DNA of 36,357 bases, taken from positions 1 through 36,357 of the forward strand of contig JBOGTA010000074.1 of the NCBI GenBank assembly GCA_050695855.1, given 5' to 3'. The notes beneath the pieces are model-generated. The model was given only the letters and a program-made list of their open reading frames with translations. It was not told where the DNA came from and ran no database searches. Made by a program: the position numbers and the translations under genes. Of the stretch, positions 1-10,424 are shown piece after piece (position 1 is the first letter of the stretch; each line of letters begins with the position of its first letter). The stretch is from Candidatus Limnocylindria bacterium (GTDB lineage: Bacteria; Chloroflexota; Limnocylindria; QHBO01).

Positions 1-253
1 GCCCAGGGTTGCGGTACGTGTTGGCGCCCACGAGCAGGCCCAGGCGAACCCGATTCGTGTCCTTGGCCCAGGCTGCCAGCGTCATCCAGCCTTCGAAGAT
101 CGACTGGTCCGGATCGCCAAAGATGGCCTCCAGGTGGTCCCAGGCCCACAGGTGCTCGTAGCCGAGCTCCTCGACCCGGCGCGCCGTCGCCTCGATGGAT
201 GTCCAGTCGGTGGCCTGGGTCCAGGGGAGAATCCCCAGCCGGATCTCGCCCAC
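1..253 (-). CDS. LLM-class (luciferase-like) F420-dependent oxidoreductase, first 84 codons only; gene continues past the left edge
   Basis: Own translation of the minus strand from GTG at 253-251 gives VGEIRLGILPWTQATDWTSIEATARRVEELGYEHLWAWDHLEAIFGDPDQSIFEGWMTLAAWAKDTNRVRLGLLVGANTYRNPG. It is open to position 1 and has strong GC3 bias. The LGY.LW.WDHL ... EGW.TLAA ... RLG.LV..NTYR.P pattern is the usual N-terminus of luciferase-like/F420-dependent oxidoreductases. It is absent from the supplied track, probably because it is open-ended. Confidence 0.6.
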   Translation of the reverse strand, partial: MGEIRLGILPWTQATDWTSIEATARRVEELGYEHLWAWDHLEAIFGDPDQSIFEGWMTLAAWAKDTNRVRLGLLVGANTYRNPG

Positions 254-257
254 GCCC

Positions 258-1283
258 TCACCGTTCGACGGTGACCGCCTCGGCCTCTTCGTCCTCGTCG
301 TGCGCGCCCCAGAAGGTCATCTCCTCGACCAGCTCGACTTCGGACGAGAAGAGCGCGCCGACGCTCTCGCCGCGGTGGATGCGACGGATGGCCTCGCCGA
401 ACAGCGGCGCGACCGACAGGACCGTGATCCGGTCTGGATTGGCGCCGTCCGGCAGCGGAATCGTGTCGGTGACGATGACTTCCCGCAGCGCAGACTCCTC
501 GATCCTCTCCAGCGCCGATCCGGAGAACACGCCGTGCGTGGCGCACGAGTACACGTCCCTGGCTCCCTCCGCAATGAGGGCGTTCACCGTCTCGATCAGC
601 GACCCGGCGGTGTTGATCTCGTCGTCGATGATGACCGCGGTCTTGCCGTCCACCTCACCGATGACGTTCTTCAGCTCGGCCTGGTCGTCGTTGCCCAGCC
701 GCCGCTTCTCGACGATCGCCAGCGGGGCGTTGAGCTTCTCGGCAAAGTTGCGCGCCTTCTTGGCGAAGCCGAGCTCGCTGACCACCACCAGGTCCTCGAG
801 GTCCAGGCCGGTGACGTACTTGGCCAGCATGTCCACGGCGGTGAGCTCGTCGACCGGGATCGAGAAGAAGCCCTGGATCTGGCCCTGATGGAGGTCCATG
901 GTCAGGACCCGATCCGCTCCCGCGACGGTGAGCATGTCGGCGATCAGGCGCGCCGTGATGGGGACCCGCGGCTGGTCCTTCTTGTCCGACCGACCGTACG
1001 AGTAGTACGGGATCACGGCCGAGATGCGTCCGGCGCTGGCCCGCTTGAAGGCGTCGATCATGATCAGGAGCTCCATGATCGAGTGGTTCACCGGGCGGCA
1101 GGTGGGTTGGACCAGGAAGACGTCCTGCTCACGCACGTTCTCGAGGATGCGAACGAAGATGTTCTCGTTGGCGAACTGGAAGACATCGGCCTCGCCCATG
1201 CGAGTCCGCAGGTAGCGGCAGATATCCTCAGCCAGTTCCCGGTTGGCGTTTCCCGAGTAGATGCTGAACTCGTCGGTGTACAA
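258..1283 (-). CDS. prs: ribose-phosphate pyrophosphokinase (PRPP synthetase)
   Basis: 341-aa ORF. It shows FSGNANRELAEDI-type N-terminus, DLHQGQIQGFF, and the PRPP-binding loop VIIDDEINTAGSL. The TTG start at 1283 is preceded by GGGAG. It carries an unusual acidic tail of about 27 aa. Confidence 0.95.
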   Translation of the reverse strand: MYTDEFSIYSGNANRELAEDICRYLRTRMGEADVFQFANENIFVRILENVREQDVFLVQPTCRPVNHSIMELLIMIDAFKRASAGRISAVIPYYSYGRSDKKDQPRVPITARLIADMLTVAGADRVLTMDLHQGQIQGFFSIPVDELTAVDMLAKYVTGLDLEDLVVVSELGFAKKARNFAEKLNAPLAIVEKRRLGNDDQAELKNVIGEVDGKTAVIIDDEINTAGSLIETVNALIAEGARDVYSCATHGVFSGSALERIEESALREVIVTDTIPLPDGANPDRITVLSVAPLFGEAIRRIHRGESVGALFSSEVELVEEMTFWGAHDEDEEAEAVTVER

Positions 1284-1338
1284 CGGCTCGCTCCCTGCTC
1301 GCTGCCGGATCGGACCCCGGCCGACCGATTCTACCGCC

Positions 1339-3846
1339 TCACTCCTCGCCTTCGGATTCGCCGGGCAGCCCTTCGTCGACGAAGACCGCGATGGAGATGA
1401 TCCGATCGCCGTCGGCCGGCTTCATCACCGTCACGCCTCGTGATGCTCGCCGGTAGCTGTTTACGCCGGCGACCTGGGTGCGCAGCATCGTGCCTTCTTC
1501 GGTGATGAGCATGACGTCCTCGTCGTCGCGGCCCACCAGCCGGACGGCCGCCACCGAACCGGTCTCCTTGTTCAGAGCGTTGGCGATCACCCCGCCGGTG
1601 GCCCGGTGCTTGAGCGGGAAGTCGCTGACGATGGTTCGCTTGCCGTATCCCTGCTCGGTGACGACCAGGAGCTGCTGGCTCGGGTCGCGGACGACCTGCA
1701 TCCCGATGACCTCGTCATCGCCCTTCAAACGGATCCCGGTCACCCCCATCGTGTCGCGACCCATGGCTCGCACCTCGCGCTCGGTGAAACGCGCGGCCTG
1801 CCCGTTGCGGGTGGCGATGATGATGTCGTTTCCGCCGTCCGAGAGGTCGACCCAGCGCAGCTCGTCGCCGCCCATCAGGTTGATGGCGATCAGCCCGTTG
1901 GCCTTGATCTTGGCGTAGTCGGCCAGCGAGGTCTTCTTGATCTTCCCCCGCCGGGTGGCCATGACCAGGGAGTGGTCATGCTCGAACTTCGGCAGCGAGA
2001 TGATGGCGCTGACGTATTCGCCGTTCTCCACCTGGACTCCGGGCAGGTTCACGATCGGAAGGCCCTTGGCGTGACGGCTCGCCTCGGGCATGGCGTGGAC
2101 CTTGGTGATGAACACCCGACCTCGGTTGGTGAAGAACAGAATGTTGTCGTGGGTGTTGGCCACCACCAGGTGGCTGACGGCGTCCTCTTCGCGGGTGATC
2201 ATGGCCAGCTTGCCCTTGCCCCCACGCCGCTGGGATCGGAAGGTCCGGATCTGCTGGCGCTTGATGTAACCCCGCTGGGAGAGGGTCACGACCACGTCCT
2301 CGGCTGTCACCAGGTCTTCGGCAGAGAGCTCCCGGGTGGCGTCGTCCCAGATCCTGGTCCGTCGCTCCTCGCCGTACTTCCGGCGCAGCTCGGTCAGCTC
2401 GTCCATGATGGCCTGCAGGATCTTGCGCGGGTTCGCCAGCAGATCCTCGAGCTGGGCGATGAGGCGAATGACCTCCTCGTACTCGTCCTCGATCTTCTTG
2501 CGCTCCAGCGCGGCCAGGCGACGGAGCTGCATCTCGAGGATGGCGTTGGCCTGAGCCTCGCTGAGTGTGAACTTCTTGATCAGGGCCACGCGCGCGGCGT
2601 CCACGTCAGCCGCTTTCCGGATGGTGGCGATGACCTCGTCGAGATGGTCGAGGGCGATCTTCAGTCCCTCGAGGATGTGGGCCCGCTCCTGGGCTCGGGC
2701 GAGGTCGAACTCGGTCCGACGACGGATGACGTCGCGCCGATACGCGATGTAGTGCTCCAGCAGTCGCTTGAGGCCCAGCGTCTGCGGCTGGCCGTCGACC
2801 AAGGCCAGCATGTTGGTCGAGAAGCTCGACTCCAGCTGGGTGTGCTTGAACAGCTGGGCCATTACGGTGTGGGGAGAGCCGTCGCGCTTGACCTCCACCA
2901 CGATCCGCATCCCGTCGCGGTCGGATTCGTCGCGGATGTCGCTCACATCGGTCAGCTTCTTCGCGCCGACCAGCTCGGCCATCTTCTCGATGAGGGTCGC
3001 CTTGTTGACCTGGTACGGCAGCTCGGTGACCACCACCGCCATCCGCCCGGGGCGAACCTCCTCCAGCGCCACCTGCCCCCGCATGACGATGCGCCCCCGC
3101 CCGGTGGCGTACATGTGGCGGATGGCGTCGATGCGCTCTTTCTCGCCCGCGATCGAGCGCTGATCGGCGAAGCGGAAGACGGTCCCGCCGGTGGGAAAGT
3201 CGGGCCCGGTCACGATCTCGCACAGATCGTCGACGGTGGACTCTGGGGTGTCGATCAGGCGCTCCACCGCCCGACAGATCTCCCCCAGGTTGTGGGGTGG
3301 GATGTTGGTGGCCATGCCCACCGCGATCCCGGACGAGCCGTTGACGAGGAGATTTGGCAACCGAGCCGGCAGCACCGTGGGCTCCTGCAGGCGACCGTCG
3401 AAGTTTTCGACGAAGTCGACCGTGCCCTTCTCGATGTCGGACAGCATCTCGTCGCTGATCGCGGCCAGGCGGGCTTCGGTGTACCGATACGCGGCTGCGG
3501 GGTCACCATCGATCGAGCCGAAGTTGCCCTGACCGTCCACCAGCGGGTAGCGAAGGCTGAAATCCTGCGCCAGGCGCACCAGCGCGTCGTACAGTGCCAC
3601 GTCCCCGTGGGGGTGGAACTTGGCGAGGGCCTCCCCCACCACCCCAGCGCACTTGCGATAGGCCGCCGTCGAGCGCAAGCCCATCTCGTGCATCGTGAAC
3701 AGGATTCGGCGATGAACCGGCTTGAGCCCATCGCGGACGTCCGGCAGGGCGCGGGCGACGATTACCGACATCGCGTAGTCGATGTAGGCGGAGCGCATCT
3801 CGTCCTCGATCGACACGTGGCGCACGGCGCCCAGTTTGTCGTCCAT
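1339..3846 (-). CDS. gyrA: DNA gyrase subunit A
   Basis: 835-aa ORF. It shows [17 protein letters not shown], the [19 protein letters not shown], the catalytic Tyr context [10 protein letters not shown], and a C-terminal beta-pinwheel repeat region. Confidence 0.97.
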   Translation of the reverse strand: MDDKLGAVRHVSIEDEMRSAYIDYAMSVIVARALPDVRDGLKPVHRRILFTMHEMGLRSTAAYRKCAGVVGEALAKFHPHGDVALYDALVRLAQDFSLRYPLVDGQGNFGSIDGDPAAAYRYTEARLAAISDEMLSDIEKGTVDFVENFDGRLQEPTVLPARLPNLLVNGSSGIAVGMATNIPPHNLGEICRAVERLIDTPESTVDDLCEIVTGPDFPTGGTVFRFADQRSIAGEKERIDAIRHMYATGRGRIVMRGQVALEEVRPGRMAVVVTELPYQVNKATLIEKMAELVGAKKLTDVSDIRDESDRDGMRIVVEVKRDGSPHTVMAQLFKHTQLESSFSTNMLALVDGQPQTLGLKRLLEHYIAYRRDVIRRRTEFDLARAQERAHILEGLKIALDHLDEVIATIRKAADVDAARVALIKKFTLSEAQANAILEMQLRRLAALERKKIEDEYEEVIRLIAQLEDLLANPRKILQAIMDELTELRRKYGEERRTRIWDDATRELSAEDLVTAEDVVVTLSQRGYIKRQQIRTFRSQRRGGKGKLAMITREEDAVSHLVVANTHDNILFFTNRGRVFITKVHAMPEASRHAKGLPIVNLPGVQVENGEYVSAIISLPKFEHDHSLVMATRRGKIKKTSLADYAKIKANGLIAINLMGGDELRWVDLSDGGNDIIIATRNGQAARFTEREVRAMGRDTMGVTGIRLKGDDEVIGMQVVRDPSQQLLVVTEQGYGKRTIVSDFPLKHRATGGVIANALNKETGSVAAVRLVGRDDEDVMLITEEGTMLRTQVAGVNSYRRASRGVTVMKPADGDRIISIAVFVDEGLPGESEGEE

Positions 3847-3860
3847 CAGTGCCTATACCC

Positions 3861-3897
3861 TCGTCTCGCGTGTCGCGTCTGTCGCGTCTGTCGTCTC
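3861..3897. repeat. short tandem repeat (GTCGCGTCT x2 perfect, flanked by degenerate copies) in the DUF4287-gyrA spacer
   Basis: The sequence reads tcgtctcgcgt GTCGCGTCT GTCGCGTCT gtcgtctc. The perfect copies lie at 3872-3880 and 3881-3889. The repeat sits 15-50 nt upstream of the gyrA ATG on the coding (minus) strand. Confidence 0.7.
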
Positions 3898-3916
3898 ATG
3901 GGCTATGAACGGCTGC

Positions 3917-4153
3917 CTACCAGCTGGTCTCGTCGTCCTCCCAGTCGCCATAGACGTCCCGGCCCGCGCGCAGGCAGTGATCGGCGATGGCCAGGGCGTA
4001 GGCGTGGGCCACCGCGTACCCGTCGCGCAGGAAGTTCACCGCCTCACGCCGCTCGCCGATGCCATTGGCTTCGAGCAGGGAGCACCAATCCTCCAGGGCG
4101 CGTCCGGTCTTGGCCTCGACTTGGCGAATATCGGCGGTGTGTCGGGATGGCAT
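3917..4153 (-). CDS. DUF4287-like small protein (78 aa)
   Basis: I use the internal ATG at 4153 of track ORF 3917..4276, because the longer form would overlap the gyrB 3' end. An AGGGAG Shine-Dalgarno lies in the 10-nt gap after the gyrB stop. MPSRHTADIRQVEAKTGRALEDWCSLLEANGIGERREAVNFLRDGYAVAHAYALAIADH resembles the DUF4287 pattern (I..KTGK......G.....E.V.WL...YGLGHG.A.A). Confidence 0.65.
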   Translation of the reverse strand: MPSRHTADIRQVEAKTGRALEDWCSLLEANGIGERREAVNFLRDGYAVAHAYALAIADHCLRAGRDVYGDWEDDETSW

Positions 4154-4163
4154 CGGACTCCCT

Positions 4164-7031
<2,868 letters not shown>

Positions 7032-7039
<8 letters not shown>

Positions 7040-7790
7040 GGGCCGCCACCTCGGCGGCGAGCGCCTCGTACGCATGCGCGCCCCGGGAGCTCGGGTCGTA
7101 GAGCGCGATGGGCAGACCATGGCTGGGCGCCTCGCTGAGCCGCACGCTCCGCGGTACGACGGTGTCGTACACCGATCCATTGAGATGGCGACGGACTTCG
7201 TCGGCCACCTGGGTCGACAGGCGCGTTCGGCGATCGAACATCGTGATCACCACGCCCTCGATCTCCAGCCGAGGATTCAGCGACCCGCGGACCAGCCGGA
7301 TAGTGTTCACCAGGTTTCCAAGACCCTCCATGGCGTAGAACTCAGCTTGGATCGGGATCAGAACCCCGTCGGCGGCGGTCAACGCATTGACTGTCAGCAG
7401 GCCGAGTGAGGGTGGGCAGTCCACCAGCACCCGGTCATATCGGTCGTCTACCTCGGCCAGAGCTGCCGCCAGCCGATACTCGCGCGCTGGCACGGCCACG
7501 AGCTCGACTTCGGCTCCTGCGAGCATCGGCGTGGCCGGTGCAAGATCGAGTCCGGGAATACTCGTGGGTCGTGCGATCTCTGAGATCGGAACGCGTTCGA
7601 TGAGTGCGTCATAGATCGTGCCCGCCGCCCGTCTATCCGCTCCCAGCCCCGTCGAAGCGTTGCCCTGGGGATCCAGATCGATGACGAGCGTCCGCGTGCC
7701 GGAAAGGGCCAGATAGGCCGCCAGGTTGATGACGGTGGTCGTCTTGCCGACGCCGCCCTTCTGGTTGGTGCAGGCCGTGACTCTTGCCAC
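7032..7790 (-). CDS. parA: chromosome partitioning ATPase ParA/Soj
   Basis: It has the deviant Walker A NQKGGVGKTTT and the DLDPQGN motif. I prefer the GTG at 7790 (VARVTACTNQKGG, GGAG 8 nt upstream). The track's TTG start at 7826 overlaps a candidate -10 element. The start is uncertain within 7790-7826. Confidence 0.9.
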
Positions 7791-7825
7791 GAACACTCCG
7801 ATGCGAGTTCCGTTGGGCACGCTCA

Positions 7826-7834
7826 ATTGTACCA
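7826..7834 (-). promoter_or_regulatory. candidate extended -10 element (TGgTACAAT) for the parA operon
   Basis: The minus strand reads ctgGTACAAT, with TACAAT at 7831-7826 and TG at 7834-7833. This is an AT-rich hexamer in an otherwise GC-rich spacer, about 36 nt upstream of the preferred parA GTG. No convincing -35 is present (GGTCAA at best). Confidence 0.4.
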
Positions 7835-7870
7835 GTTTGAGCGGTTTTTGACCGATTACCGACGGCTCAA

Positions 7871-7886
7871 TGTTTCACGTGAAACA
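7871..7886. promoter_or_regulatory. parS centromere-like site, perfect palindrome TGTTTCACGTGAAACA
   Basis: This is an exact 16-bp match to the widely conserved parS consensus (tGTTNCACGTGAAACa). It lies in the parA/mreD divergent spacer, about 40 bp upstream of the candidate parA -10. It is the only full site in the window. Confidence 0.85.
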
Positions 7887-8068
7887 CGGCCATGGAGGCG
7901 GGCTGCGAGATCCGAGCGGGCCCGAGAGGCCAGATCGGCAGCGCCCTCGGAGCCTATACTTCGACCCAGCCGCCCTGAACAGCAGCGACCCGCGAGTATT
8001 TTCCGATCAACGCCCTCAGCGCGCTCCTAGCCTTCATCATTGGCGTCATTCACGCCGGTCTGGCCCCG

Positions 8069-8512
8069 GTGCTGGCCGTGGGTGATCTGAGACCCAATCT
8101 CATTCTCGTGGGAGTCGTGGCAGTCACCCTGCTGATGGGCCTCGGGGCAGGCGCCATATGGGCCTTCATTGGGGGACTGACCGTCAATCTGCTCACGACG
8201 GACCCGCTCGGCAGCGTGCCATTGGGCCTGCTCCTGACGGCGGGCCTGGTCGCCGGCATCGGGGGTCTGTTCGGGAGCCACGGCGCGGTGCTGGCGCTGA
8301 TTGGGGGACTGCTCGGCAGCCTGGTCGCAGACGTCGTGGGTCTCGTGGTGCTGGTGATCGTCGGCGGCGCCCCGATCGCTCAGCCGGGCACCCTGGCAGG
8401 ACTGCTCGTGCCCACCGCGATGCTGAACGGCATCCTCGCGGGGCTGGCGTTCGTCGCCGCCCGCGCCGCGCTCGGCCGCCTTGACTTCCAGCCTTCGCCA
8501 ACTCGATCATGA
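8069..8512 (+). CDS. mreD: rod shape-determining protein MreD (polytopic membrane protein)
   Basis: The protein is wholly hydrophobic. RPNLILVGVVAVTLLMGLGAGAIWAFIGGLTVNLLTTDPLGSVPLGLLL fits the MreD pattern (RPdll.l....l......ga...f..Gl..D.l....lG). It lies directly upstream of mrdA with an ATGA overlap. The start is uncertain. The frame is open from 7979 and encodes a further hydrophobic stretch (NALSALLAFIIGVIHAGLAPV), but it has no ATG/GTG/TTG before 8069. Confidence 0.6.
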   Translation: MLAVGDLRPNLILVGVVAVTLLMGLGAGAIWAFIGGLTVNLLTTDPLGSVPLGLLLTAGLVAGIGGLFGSHGAVLALIGGLLGSLVADVVGLVVLVIVGGAPIAQPGTLAGLLVPTAMLNGILAGLAFVAARAALGRLDFQPSPTRS

Positions 8513-10422
8513 GCGCCGAGTTCGAGCACCCGGATCTGCCGCGCTCCGGCAGACGCTTTGTCGCTTTTGCCGTGATCGTGATGTTCCTCTTCTCGGTGCT
8601 CGCCGGCAGGCTCTTTCAGCTGCAGGTCATCGAGGGACGCGTCCGCGCTGAGCAGGCGGAGGCGGCCCGGACGGTCGCCGTTGCCATTCCCTCCCTGCGC
8701 GGTGTGGTGTTCGATCGCGAGGGACGCCCGCTGGTGATCAACGTTCCAACCTGGACGGTGGCGGCTCGGCCCGCGGATTTACCAGAGGCTCGGACGATGG
8801 CCGTGCTCCGTCGGGTCGCGGACGTAGTCCAGCTGCCGGTGACTGACCTCAAGGCGCGGCTGGATGCGTTCGCGGGGTCTCCGTTCGACCTCGTACCCCT
8901 CGCCACAGACATCGATCGCAGCGCCGCGCTGCTGCTGGCCGAGGAGAGCGAGCGCCTGCCAGGCATCGAGCTCCTGGTCGAACCACAACGGATGTATCTC
9001 AACGAGCGCGGCGAGCCCGACGGCTCACTCTTGTCGCACATCCTGGGCTACACCGGACCGATCAACGCCGAGGAGCTCGAGGAGCTGGCGGACGCCGGCT
9101 ATCTGCATGACGATCCGATCGGGCGGACCGGGATCGAGGCGTCTTTCGAGGCTGTGCTGCGCGGTGAGTACGGCTCGGCCCGCTGGGAGCGCGACGCCTC
9201 CGGGCGGCTCGTGAAGGTGGTGGAGGAGACGGAGGAGCCCGTCGCCGGACGCAACCTGGTTCTGACCATCGATGCACGTTTGCAGCGAATGGCGACCGAG
9301 TCACTCCTGTGGGGAATGCGGGAAGCCAACGTCAGTCAGGGCGTGACCATCGTGATGAACCCCCAGACCGGCGAGATCCTGGCCATGGTGTCGCTCCCCG
9401 CCTACGACAGCAACGCGTTCGCGGGTGGGATCGCGGACGCGACGTACCAGGCCTACCTGTCCGATCCCAACCTGCCGCTGCGCAACCACGCGATCAGCGA
9501 TATCTACCCGCCGGGGTCCACCTTCAAGCTGGTGACGGGCCTCGCCGCGCTGCAGGAAGGGGTCACCAGCGCAGGACGCCGGTGGCAGACCTATGGCTGC
9601 TACCAGATCCCCGGCGCGCCGGCCGGGGAGTGCCTGTACGACTGGAACCGCCGTGGCTTCGGGCGGCTCAACATGGTCGAGGCTTTCGCCGTCAGCTCCG
9701 ACACGTTCTTCTATCAGATGGCGGTCCAGCTCGGAGTCGACCGGCTGGCGAAGTGGGCCTACGAACTTGGCTTCGGCTCACCGACCGGGATCGATCTCCC
9801 GAATGAGGCGGCCGGAATCATCGCCTCCACTGACTGGGCCCACAGCCAGGGACGCACCGGGGTGTACACCGGCGAGCTGGCCCAGGCCGGGATCGGGCAG
9901 AACGTGATCGCGGTGACGCCGCTGCAGCTCCTCAACGCCTACGCAGCGCTCGCCAACGGCGGTCACCTGATGCGGCCGCAGATCGTCCTCGGCGAGGCCG
10001 ATGGCAGCGGCGAGCTGGTGGAGCGGTACGAGCCCGAGGTCCTGCACGAAGTTGCCGCCGACGCCGCCAACCTGCAGGTCATGCGGGTTGGCGCCCGCCA
10101 GGTCATCACGACCGGGCACGCCTACAACATCGGCGACCTGCGGCTGCCCGGGACGCTCTCCGGCAAGACGGGTACGGCGGAGTTCGGTCTGCCCGACGTG
10201 GAGGGTGTGCTGCCGTTCCACTCCTGGTTCGTGGCGTGGCTCCCCTCGTCCCCGGGCGCCACCGATTCACCCCTCGCGGTCATCACCTTCACGTATCGGG
10301 CGACCGTGATCGGCAACGTGTCGACCGAGGTGGTGAAGTACTTCCTGCAGCAGTATTTCCAACTGGACCAGGACCTGCGCCTGGATCCGGTGACCCTGCG
10401 CCTGCTGGCGGGAGGGAACTGA
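8509..10422 (+). CDS. mrdA: penicillin-binding protein 2 (elongasome D,D-transpeptidase)
   Basis: 637 aa with an N-terminal TM anchor. It has the transpeptidase motifs S-T-F-K (PPGSTFKLV), S-S-D and K-T-G (SGKTGTAE). It sits between mreD and rodA. Confidence 0.9.
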   Translation: MSAEFEHPDLPRSGRRFVAFAVIVMFLFSVLAGRLFQLQVIEGRVRAEQAEAARTVAVAIPSLRGVVFDREGRPLVINVPTWTVAARPADLPEARTMAVLRRVADVVQLPVTDLKARLDAFAGSPFDLVPLATDIDRSAALLLAEESERLPGIELLVEPQRMYLNERGEPDGSLLSHILGYTGPINAEELEELADAGYLHDDPIGRTGIEASFEAVLRGEYGSARWERDASGRLVKVVEETEEPVAGRNLVLTIDARLQRMATESLLWGMREANVSQGVTIVMNPQTGEILAMVSLPAYDSNAFAGGIADATYQAYLSDPNLPLRNHAISDIYPPGSTFKLVTGLAALQEGVTSAGRRWQTYGCYQIPGAPAGECLYDWNRRGFGRLNMVEAFAVSSDTFFYQMAVQLGVDRLAKWAYELGFGSPTGIDLPNEAAGIIASTDWAHSQGRTGVYTGELAQAGIGQNVIAVTPLQLLNAYAALANGGHLMRPQIVLGEADGSGELVERYEPEVLHEVAADAANLQVMRVGARQVITTGHAYNIGDLRLPGTLSGKTGTAEFGLPDVEGVLPFHSWFVAWLPSSPGATDSPLAVITFTYRATVIGNVSTEVVKYFLQQYFQLDQDLRLDPVTLRLLAGGN

Positions 10423-10424
10423 GC

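Noticed and set aside
7955-7960. TATACT hexamers in GC-rich spacers upstream of mreD (7955-7960) and of the atp operon (21716-21721), as candidate -10 boxes
   Set aside because: Neither has a credible -35 or an extended TG at the right spacing. I kept only the mreB-proximal TATACT (30551-30556), which does have a TGACC-like -35, and that with low confidence.
7791-8068. Possible oriC in the parA/mreD divergent spacer (strand switch, parS, slightly AT-richer stretch)
   Set aside because: I could find no DnaA-box-like 9-mers (TTATCCACA, TTGTCCACA or their complements) and no clear AT-rich unwinding element. dnaA and dnaN are also absent from the window. I report it only as a parS and promoter region.
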